The notes beneath the pieces were generated by a model that saw only the letters and a list, made by a program, of their open reading frames with translations, was not told the origin of the DNA and made no database searches. Below are positions 1 through 7,072 of a stretch of 10,951 nt of DNA, piece after piece (the first letter of the stretch is position 1; each line of letters opens with the position of its first letter). Made by a program: the position numbers and the translations under genes. The stretch is taken from the NCBI GenBank assembly GCA_963824495.1, contig CAWGPQ010000018.1:1-10951 (forward strand), written 5' to 3'. The DNA is from an uncultured bacterium. GTDB taxonomy: Bacteria; Babelota; Babeliae; Babelales; Babelaceae.

Positions 1-1536
1 TTGAACATAGCGGATAATTTTTCCAAAAAACTTATTTTGGTAAGCGGATGGCTTAAGCCCGCGGGCTATGTCAAGCGGTGGTAGTCGGTGGTGAGTAGGT
101 TTGAGCTTTACACGCTCATGTCCTTGCCACCAAAAATCATAGCCCAGTTCTATAGTGTAGTTTGGTGGATCAAACACAAGTGCTGTCGAAAATTTTACCA
201 AGGGCCCTGGGCGAACACGAGTTTCAGCAACAAAGGGAAAAAGTGTATTAATGAGCTGTCTGTTAAGAAAATTTATATTAGATGTTGCTTGATTAGGGTC
301 GTTAAAGTCTCTTTCAGCAAATTCGTATGGGTTCACCCGTACGATAAAGAAGCGTCGCTCCGGTGCTGAAAATTGATACTCAACGCTGCCGTTAGATACA
401 AGCCGTGCATCGGGAGTAAGATACCATACATGTTGTAAAAAGGGTCCAATTCCTACATGGCCATTATTACCTAATGATGTATTAGCTAGATTTGCTGTAA
501 GTGCATCGACTGCCTTTATCCCGAGATTAAGGGCAAGATCGAACGCTTGTTGTGGATCATTTTGACAGAAAAAAGCAATCAGCGGAGCACGCAGATCAAA
601 GCGTGGTTGTCCAAGCGGCTTACGAAAGCAGCCCCCAATAAAGCCACAGGCAACAGTACGAGCAGAAGGTAGCGTAAGCAGGCCACCTAGCCAAAGATCA
701 GAACATGGTGTTTCAAGCGTGTGATAAAGTGCATTAATACGCATGTCACCAAAGCCTATTTTATCGCTGACTAAGTGCTCTCTAAAAAATGCTTCAGCAT
801 CTTCCGCATCAGACCGTGTTGGGGTAAACTCGCTAAAAAGAGGTGAGTCTTGGATTTGACTCAATTCTTCTTCGTTAAGAAAAAAGTTATGCTCAAGATA
901 ATAAAACGGAAATGCTATCCGAAGCTTAACCGTATCCCATCGTCTGCAGAACGAAAACATAAAGCCGATACGTCGCTCTTCTAGGCGAACGTTAGCCAAA
1001 AGGGGAAAGATATCGGGGACATCTATACCAAAGTCTTCAAGCTCAAGCTGTTGAAGAAAATCTGGCATATTGACATTAAGATATGAAGCAAGTCGTGTAC
1101 TGTTATCGGTTAAGATTACTTCTCTATCTTGATTATAGAAAATTTTGCCAGAGAACGTGAAATTTTCCGTTTGATCATCGAGAAAAAGTAATGATGGTAA
1201 ATCAAGCAAGCTTCGAATAACAATAGGGTTGCTTTTCTTATAAAGTCGGCCTTGCAATGCAGCAGGAGCGCCAACCTGAACAAGTAATTTAATAATGTCT
1301 TGGTCAGTAAGACATGGTTGTTGTTGCTCGGGGGGTAGCGATCGTCGGTAATGCTCTATTGCTTCAATATCTTCTCGTGTAATGGTGTCGAAAATGCTCT
1401 CAAACTCGCTGTCTGTGTCTGAAGTGCTCTGGTCTGATGTAGTGCTCGATGCGCAGGTGATAATCGTGAACAATCCAATAGGAGGGGTGAGCGTGACAGT
1501 AAGACAGAAGAAAAATAACCTTGTTAATTTTTGCAT
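1..1536 (-). CDS. Exported hypothetical protein, possibly an outer-membrane beta-barrel type; 3'-truncated by the window edge (>512 aa)
   Basis: Manual translation from ATG at 1536 gives 512 codons with no stop to position 1: MQKLTRLFFFCLTVTLTPPIGLFTIITCASSTTSDQSTSDTDSEFESIFD...HLVSDKIGFGDMRINALY...LWLGGLLTLPSA...SLGNNGHVGIGPFYNIVWY...YTIELGYDFWWQGHERVKL...KIIRYVQ. It has a hydrophobic N-terminus, then an S/T/D-rich linker, then aromatic-rich beta-like segments. It is absent from the ORF track because the stop lies outside the window. Confidence 0.9.
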   Translation of the reverse strand, partial: MQKLTRLFFFCLTVTLTPPIGLFTIITCASSTTSDQSTSDTDSEFESIFDTITREDIEAIEHYRRSLPPEQQQPCLTDQDIIKLLVQVGAPAALQGRLYKKSNPIVIRSLLDLPSLLFLDDQTENFTFSGKIFYNQDREVILTDNSTRLASYLNVNMPDFLQQLELEDFGIDVPDIFPLLANVRLEERRIGFMFSFCRRWDTVKLRIAFPFYYLEHNFFLNEEELSQIQDSPLFSEFTPTRSDAEDAEAFFREHLVSDKIGFGDMRINALYHTLETPCSDLWLGGLLTLPSARTVACGFIGGCFRKPLGQPRFDLRAPLIAFFCQNDPQQAFDLALNLGIKAVDALTANLANTSLGNNGHVGIGPFLQHVWYLTPDARLVSNGSVEYQFSAPERRFFIVRVNPYEFAERDFNDPNQATSNINFLNRQLINTLFPFVAETRVRPGPLVKFSTALVFDPPNYTIELGYDFWWQGHERVKLKPTHHRLPPLDIARGLKPSAYQNKFFGKIIRYVQ

Positions 1537-1721
1537 AGTCTTAATCTTATGTATCGTAATCAGTTTTCAAAGATTCATTAAGACTAATAAGTTTAGCAAT
1601 GTTTCGTTATCTTTTCCAATTTAAGCGGAAATTCATGTGGCTCTTCTCCTAAAAAATTACAGTGAAGATTATTAACCCTAAAGCAACGCTTACCTGATAC
1701 ATCTATAAGCAGAAACTCAAT

Positions 1722-1751
1722 TTGACGAGCAGCTACCTATTACATTAAGCT
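1722..1751 (+). promoter_or_regulatory. Possible sigma70 promoter for the ankyrin gene at 1804
   Basis: TTGACG (1722-1727), 18-nt spacer, TAAGCT (1746-1751), in the AT-rich divergent intergenic region. Confidence 0.3.
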
Positions 1752-1803
1752 GATAATTAAAATTGTTATTTTAAGTGAAACATAGCCTAAAGAAAAATAT
1801 TCT

Positions 1804-2466
1804 ATGAACACGTATACTCTGACACGAGCAAGTTTTAGTATCTTTCTAGTTGCTTCGACACAGCTTATGAGCAATTCTGATGAAGTAATTCTTATACATT
1901 GGGCAGTTGCTCAAAATTATGGAGCTCTTATTGAAGATTTACTTGCTGAGTACAATCCTAATCTAACTATACAAGATAACGAGGGTAATACTGCCCTACA
2001 CTTAGCTGCACGTAACGGCAATAATCTTATTCTTCAAGTATTACTTGCTCATGGTGCGAATATTAACGCTGTTAATAATAATGGCGATACAGCATTACAT
2101 GTGGCCAGTCGAGCTGGACGCACAATCCCGGTAAGACAATTACTAGAAGCTGGGGCTCTTGTTACTCTTCCTAATTATAACGGAGATACTGCTTGGAGGT
2201 TGGCTGCTAGAAATTATCCTAATGCAATAGCAGAACTGATTGAGCACAATGCAGCCCGGATCATATTACGATTAGTATCGCACAATGGAGCAGAAGGACG
2301 CTTGGGCGTAATCTATACCAATAATAACGCCAATGGTACAGCTCAGCCTTTAGCTGGTGTGCCTGATGGTGTACTTCCGCGCGGGGTTACTGCTCTTATT
2401 GCCCAGTATGCTATTGCTCCTGGTCTGCCTATACAAGCCAGATCACGCCCTAACGCTAACTCTTAG
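1804..2466 (+). CDS. Ankyrin repeat protein (220 aa) with a probable N-terminal signal peptide
   Basis: ANK motifs GNTALHLAARNGN, GDTALHVASRAGR and GDTAWRLAARN, plus a degenerate first repeat (LIHWAVAQN). Hydrophobic N-terminus RASFSIFLVAS. Confidence 0.92.
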   Translation: MNTYTLTRASFSIFLVASTQLMSNSDEVILIHWAVAQNYGALIEDLLAEYNPNLTIQDNEGNTALHLAARNGNNLILQVLLAHGANINAVNNNGDTALHVASRAGRTIPVRQLLEAGALVTLPNYNGDTAWRLAARNYPNAIAELIEHNAARIILRLVSHNGAEGRLGVIYTNNNANGTAQPLAGVPDGVLPRGVTALIAQYAIAPGLPIQARSRPNANS

Positions 2467-2760
2467 CTTTTGTTTCTAGTACAAACTAGTACAGACGGTA
2501 CGACTTTCGCACAAAGTAACTAGGGTGGCTGTGCAGTATTGCTTTCTTATTGTATTAAAATAGAAAAACATATACAATTATAAAGAATATGTTGATTTTG
2601 GCCGTATAACATGAGCCTTAGGGTCAGTATACTGCGTGGTACAATACAAGGAGCACGTGTTCTATTGAGCGCCTTTCCTTAAGAAAGTATCGATTTTTAC
2701 TGATAAAGGGTCTATTATAAATAATATCAGGGCTAACACGTAAGAATAATAAGGGGCAGT

Positions 2761-3501
2761 ATGTCATCCTATACGCAGCTAGGGGCTCACTATTTTATCC
2801 TTGAGGGTAATATTGGGGCGGGAAAATCTACGTTTTTAAGGATACTTCAGGACTATTTGCCTGTTCAGGTACTTTTTGAGCCTTTGCAGGATTGGCAAAA
2901 CGTCGATGGTGAAAATCTGCTTGATCGCTTCTATCAAGATACGCAGCGATGGGCATATACTTTTCAGTCATATGCTTTTTTAACACGTATACGTGCTCAG
3001 CAAGCTCAAGTACAAACAACGGGTATAGGACATAAAGGTCAGGCACGTATTTTGGAACGTTCGGTATACTCCGACTATTACTGTTTTGCGAAAAATTGTT
3101 TTGAACAAGGTCTTATGAGTTCTCTGGAGTGGCGGTTATATCAAGATTGGTTCTCATGGCTTACCGATCAACATGTGCTTGTGCCACAAGGTTTTATTTA
3201 TCTCAGGACAGATCCTGAGGTGTGCTATAAGCGATTATTACGACGTAACCGCTTTGAGGAGCACACTATAACACGTGAATATCTTGATTGTATTCATCGC
3301 AAGCACGAAGATTGGCTTGTACATAAAAAAGATGTCCCAGCACATTTGGTACATCTACCGGTAATTATACTTGAATGTAACGAAGATTTTGAAGCAAATA
3401 AAAATGTGCAGCAAGAACACATACGTCTTGTCGCGAATTTTTTGGAAACACAGGTTGCCGTATCGACTCATGAGCACTTTATGAGCGATACAAGTAAATA
3501 A
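2761..3501 (+). CDS. Deoxynucleoside kinase (dCK/dGK family)
   Basis: P-loop EGNIGAGKST; EPLQDW; RWAYTFQSYAFLTRIRAQ; ERSVYSD; IYLRTDPEVCYKRLLRRNRFEE lid; EYLDCIHRKHEDWL. SD-like AAGGGG just upstream. Confidence 0.95.
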   Translation: MSSYTQLGAHYFILEGNIGAGKSTFLRILQDYLPVQVLFEPLQDWQNVDGENLLDRFYQDTQRWAYTFQSYAFLTRIRAQQAQVQTTGIGHKGQARILERSVYSDYYCFAKNCFEQGLMSSLEWRLYQDWFSWLTDQHVLVPQGFIYLRTDPEVCYKRLLRRNRFEEHTITREYLDCIHRKHEDWLVHKKDVPAHLVHLPVIILECNEDFEANKNVQQEHIRLVANFLETQVAVSTHEHFMSDTSK

Positions 3502-3526
3502 GCGTTCTTTTACATAAGGGTGTGTT

Positions 3527-3778
3527 ATGACTGAAAATATAGGGTTATGGGTTAGGGCAGCTGCCTATATTGGTGCAGCTTTCGCGATCGGTGTAGGTAC
3601 CATTGGGCCAGCATTGGGTCAAGGCATGATTGGTGCTCAAGCTTGTAAGAGTATTGGTGAGCACCCAGAGAATAGAAGCAGGATACAGACGCCTATGATT
3701 TTAGGCTTGGCTATGATTGAAACATCGGCTCTTTTTGCTTTTCTGGTATCTATGTCGCTTATATTTTTGACCAAGTAA
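3527..3778 (+). CDS. atpE: F0F1 ATP synthase subunit c
   Basis: 83 aa with two hydrophobic helices, the glycine-rich stretch GVGTIGPALGQG and ion-binding Glu65 in MIETSALF. SD AAGGG upstream. Confidence 0.96.
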   Translation: MTENIGLWVRAAAYIGAAFAIGVGTIGPALGQGMIGAQACKSIGEHPENRSRIQTPMILGLAMIETSALFAFLVSMSLIFLTK

Positions 3779-3779
3779 T

Positions 3780-4148
3780 ATGACGATTAATCTTACACTT
3801 GTAGCACAAGCGGTTAATTTTTTTATTGCTTATATACTACTCGATAGGGTTTTTTTGCGGTATGGGGTTGCTGTTATCCAGTCTCGTGATAAAGAGCTTA
3901 CTGAACATGAACAGGAAATTGTCAAAGGTCGCCAGCTAATAAAAGAAAAAAAAGAGCATGCTGATAACCAATGGCGAGAATTTAAGCGGCGGTTGCATAA
4001 AGAGCAACCTAGCCTTAAGCGGCCAGTATATCAAGCGGTACCATCAGTAGCACAGTATGTTCACGAGCCATCGTTATCGCCTGAAGAGGTATGCTTACAT
4101 GCGCATGATGTAGCCCGGGTTATTGTCCGTAAGGTTGTCCATGATTGA
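3780..4148 (+). CDS. ATP synthase peripheral stalk subunit b' (divergent, short)
   Basis: N-terminus INLTLVAQAVNFFIAYILLDRVF is typical of b/b', followed by a charged coiled-coil-like stretch. Lies between atpE and a second b-like gene. Confidence 0.8.
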   Translation: MTINLTLVAQAVNFFIAYILLDRVFLRYGVAVIQSRDKELTEHEQEIVKGRQLIKEKKEHADNQWREFKRRLHKEQPSLKRPVYQAVPSVAQYVHEPSLSPEEVCLHAHDVARVIVRKVVHD

Positions 4149-4611
4149 TCAACTTTTTAATGCGCTTAATTTTGGTATTTTGCTGGGTTTAATGGGTTAT
4201 GTAGCTCAACGTTACGGTCTCACTGCTCTTCGAGCAAAAATAAGGAAAAAGCGACATACCGTACATGAACTAGCGCGTGAGCGTAATGAAGTAGGCTTGC
4301 TTCAACAAGATCTTGATCGACGCGTGAACGAACAAGCACAGCTCTATGAGGATCTTCGTACTAAAGTGCTCCGCTGGCGGCTTAATTATGAACGGCAGCT
4401 CAGTCAAGAGCAAGAAAAACAAAAGATAGCACAGGCTCATATTGAACGCAAACATGAACTGCAAGCAGAGAATCTTGAATTACATATTCTTGAGCGTACC
4501 ATTATCCCCCAAGCTCTTGTATACGCCGAACAAGAGTTACGCATGCTCTTTAATGATCAAAAAGTAGGGAAGGCATATAACCATGCTCTTCTTGAAAAGC
4601 TTAAGGAATAA
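4141..4611 (+). CDS. atpF: ATP synthase peripheral stalk subunit b (divergent, 156 aa)
   Basis: LFNALNFGILLGLMGY membrane anchor followed by a long E/Q/K/R-rich helix. Start placed at ATG 4141 (AAGG at 4131-4134, overlapping the upstream stop) rather than at 4123. Confidence 0.8.
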   Translation: MIDQLFNALNFGILLGLMGYVAQRYGLTALRAKIRKKRHTVHELARERNEVGLLQQDLDRRVNEQAQLYEDLRTKVLRWRLNYERQLSQEQEKQKIAQAHIERKHELQAENLELHILERTIIPQALVYAEQELRMLFNDQKVGKAYNHALLEKLKE

Positions 4612-4613
4612 CC

Positions 4614-5171
4614 ATGCTCTTTTACTCAACGCTTGCAAAAAGATATGCACAATTATTTTTGGCAACAATTACACATGCATTGAGTAGTACACAGCTACAG
4701 CAACTACAAGCGTTAATTGAGTATCTCAACCGTCATCATGAGGCGCTTTTTTATGTAAAGCTTGCGTCTATTGAAACAGAGCGGAAAAAAGAATTTTTAA
4801 AGCAAGTATATAAAAAATTTGGATGTAATGAGCTGTTGGATGGTATTACCGATCTTTTGGCAGAGCGCAAAAATTTGTCGTTACTAGCTGAAGTATTGAG
4901 CGCCATACGTGAGCTGTATAAAGAGCAACATGGTATTGTAGAATGTACTATTAGTACTGCACATGCACTTACTGAGGATCAACATGTCTTTCTCGATAAC
5001 TTTATCAAGCGGAAGACCAATGCAACACGAGTATACAGCAAAGTAGTTATAGATGAGTCATTACTTGCAGGAATTCGCATTCTTGGCTCGAGCTTTTTAT
5101 GGGAACATTCAATACGGAAGAAACTACGAGCACTTAAGGGCTTGTTTCAAGAAGTAGAAAAACCGGCGTGA
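4614..5171 (+). CDS. atpH: ATP synthase F1 subunit delta
   Basis: LAKRYAQLF N-terminus, ISTAHAL, and C-terminal IDESLLAGIRI...SIRKKL match delta/OSCP. SD AAGGA at 4603-4607. Confidence 0.92.
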   Translation: MLFYSTLAKRYAQLFLATITHALSSTQLQQLQALIEYLNRHHEALFYVKLASIETERKKEFLKQVYKKFGCNELLDGITDLLAERKNLSLLAEVLSAIRELYKEQHGIVECTISTAHALTEDQHVFLDNFIKRKTNATRVYSKVVIDESLLAGIRILGSSFLWEHSIRKKLRALKGLFQEVEKPA

Positions 5172-5180
5172 AGGTGAACA

Positions 5181-6683
5181 ATGGAGATAAAAGGTTCAGA
5201 TTTAGTAGCATTATTTGAAAGATCACTGCTTGATGGCACTACTGACACGTTGGAAGAAATCGGTTTTGTTGTTCAAGTTGGTGATTCAAGTTGCAGAGTT
5301 CACGGTGTAAAAAACGCTGTGTATGGTGAGCTTCTTGATTTTGAGGGAGGGAATCAGGGAATCATTTTTAATCTCGATGAAGAGTATGTTTCTGTTTTTT
5401 TACTCTATACCCATATTGCTGTTGCTGAGCTTGAGGTAGTTAAGCGTACCGGTGGCGTATTTAAGGCACCGGTAGGTAATGGTCTGCTTGGTCGTGTTAT
5501 GAATGCTATAGGACAGCCATTGGATGGTTTGGGTGCACTCATGTTTGATGATATGCGTCCCATCGAAGTAAGGATTCCTGGTATTGTTGAACGAAGTCCT
5601 ATTAACCAGTCACTTGAGACGGGCATACTTGCTATTGATGCACTTATACCTATTGGTAGAGGTCAGCGTGAGTTATTAATTGGCGATCGTAACACTGGTA
5701 AAACCTCTATTGCTCTTGACACTATTTTGCATCAACGAGGCAGGGGTGTCTATTGTATTTATGTCTCCATCGGTCAGCGGCAGGCAAGTTTGGCTCGTAT
5801 TGTACGTTTATTTGAAGAGCAAGGTGCGCTTGAATATACGGTAATCGTAAGCGCTGATGCAAGCGAATCAGCGCTCAATCGTTATCTTGCGCCCTATGTA
5901 GGGTGTACCATCGCTGAATATTTTAGGGATCAGCAGCGTGATGTATTAATTGTTTATGATGATTTGAGCAATCATGCCGTAGCTTATCGTGAGATGTCCC
6001 TCTTAATGCGTCGCCCACCAGGTCGCGAAGCATATCCAGGTGATATCTTTTATCTCCATTCGCGCTTACTTGAGCGTGCTGGTAAGCTCATTTCCGGAGG
6101 TTCGATAACTGCTTTACCGATGGTTCAGTTGCAGGGAGGTGATTATACAGCATATATCCCGACTAACTTGATTTCAATAACCGATGGCCAAATCTTCTTG
6201 GATACCCAGCTTTTTAATAGTGGTGTGCGTCCAGCAGTTAATATAGAGCTTTCAGTATCACGTGTAGGTGGTGCTGCACAAACTAAAGCAATTAAACAGA
6301 TGACACGAGCATTGCGCCTGGAATTAGCTCAATATCATGAGTTAGTTGCTTTTTCCCAGTTTGGCACTGAGCTTGATGTTGTTTCACAACGGCGGTTGTC
6401 ACGTGGAGCAATTATTGTCGAGTTACTTAAGCAAGAGCAATACATTACCTATTCTTTTGTTGACCAGTCGCTCATGTTATTTTTACTCCGTGAGAATTTT
6501 TTGGACAATCTTGCTCTTAATCAGGTGCATAATTTTGCTACGCAGTTTGCCAGCTATGTAAAGTCGGTTTACCCAGAAGTTTATATGGTTATTTTAGAGA
6601 CACAAGAGATAACCCCTGCGACCCTCGAACAGCTTAAGGCAATTGCCCAAGAGTTTAGCAAAATCTTTGTTCCAAGCGTCTAG
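5181..6683 (+). CDS. atpA: ATP synthase F1 subunit alpha
   Basis: GRGQRELLIGDRNTGKT (Walker A), PPGREAYPGDIFYLHSRLLERA, PTNLISITDGQIFL and SVSRVGGAAQ. Confidence 0.98.
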   Translation: MEIKGSDLVALFERSLLDGTTDTLEEIGFVVQVGDSSCRVHGVKNAVYGELLDFEGGNQGIIFNLDEEYVSVFLLYTHIAVAELEVVKRTGGVFKAPVGNGLLGRVMNAIGQPLDGLGALMFDDMRPIEVRIPGIVERSPINQSLETGILAIDALIPIGRGQRELLIGDRNTGKTSIALDTILHQRGRGVYCIYVSIGQRQASLARIVRLFEEQGALEYTVIVSADASESALNRYLAPYVGCTIAEYFRDQQRDVLIVYDDLSNHAVAYREMSLLMRRPPGREAYPGDIFYLHSRLLERAGKLISGGSITALPMVQLQGGDYTAYIPTNLISITDGQIFLDTQLFNSGVRPAVNIELSVSRVGGAAQTKAIKQMTRALRLELAQYHELVAFSQFGTELDVVSQRRLSRGAIIVELLKQEQYITYSFVDQSLMLFLLRENFLDNLALNQVHNFATQFASYVKSVYPEVYMVILETQEITPATLEQLKAIAQEFSKIFVPSV

Positions 6684-6693
6684 AAAGCACAAC

Positions 6694-6722
6694 TTGAGTA
6701 GATTTCTATCTTGACGTATACT
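6694..6722 (+). promoter_or_regulatory. sigma70-type promoter for tRNA-Arg
   Basis: TTGAGT (6694-6699), 17-nt spacer, TATACT (6717-6722), ending 15 nt before the tRNA 5' end. Confidence 0.6.
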
Positions 6723-6737
6723 TAAATAATATATGAC

Positions 6738-6814
<77 letters not shown>

Positions 6815-6823
6815 GCTCTCGCC

Positions 6824-6980
6824 CCATACTTCGCCAAGGCTTCGTATGGCAGGCCATACTTCGCTATCTCCTTCGCTGAAGCTACGGATGACAAGAAAGC
6901 TACGAAGATCATGAAAGCTACAGCTGGCACCCTTCGTGGCTTTTTCTAGCACTTGCAAGCCCCGTAGTATGGCATGCCAC
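6824..6980. repeat. Cluster of nested imperfect palindromic (REP-like) repeats downstream of the tRNA
   Basis: Hairpin CCATAC-TTC-GCC-AA-GGC-TTC-GTATGG (6824-6849). CCATACTTCGC recurs at 6854. Hairpin TCC-TTC-GCT-GA-AGC-TAC-GGA (6869-6888). AAGCTAC occurs three times. GCCATACT (6853-6860) is complementary to AGTATGGC (6966-6973). Confidence 0.75.
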
Positions 6981-7044
6981 ATTTTTTGAAAGAATGGCTT
7001 TTAAAGTAGATAAAAGGTTGATAACAGAGTAGTCTCTTATTGAT

Positions 7045-7072
7045 CAAATATTCTGCTTCAAATATTCTGCTT
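7045..7072. repeat. Perfect 14-bp tandem duplication
   Basis: CAAATATTCTGCTT at 7045-7058 and 7059-7072, overlapping the stop codon of ankyrin gene A. Confidence 0.9.

Noticed and set aside
88..1624. Plus-strand ORFs 88..369 and 1382..1624
   Set aside because: They are antisense shadows of the long minus-strand ORF 1..1536 and have no recognisable motifs.
2467..2760. Possible riboswitch, ncRNA or operator upstream of the kinase (CTAGTACA twice at 2476 and 2486; palindrome CAGTATACTG at 2625-2634)
   Set aside because: The motifs are short enough to arise by chance, and I could not match a known riboswitch or NrdR-box consensus. An Rfam scan would be needed.
4123..4140. Upstream start for subunit b given by the ORF track
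   Set aside because: ATG 4141 has an SD-like AAGG and overlaps the end of b', which fits translational coupling better.
2828..6561. Short ORFs 2828..3046, 4270..4464, 5405..5626 and 6346..6561
   Set aside because: They lie within well-supported dNK or ATP synthase genes, on the opposite strand or in another frame.
3527..6683. N-type ATPase operon
   Set aside because: The order does not match atpDCQRBEFAG, and a separate delta and two b-type genes are present.
6824..6980. CRISPR array
   Set aside because: The repeats are short, irregularly spaced and nested, with no uniform spacers and no cas genes.
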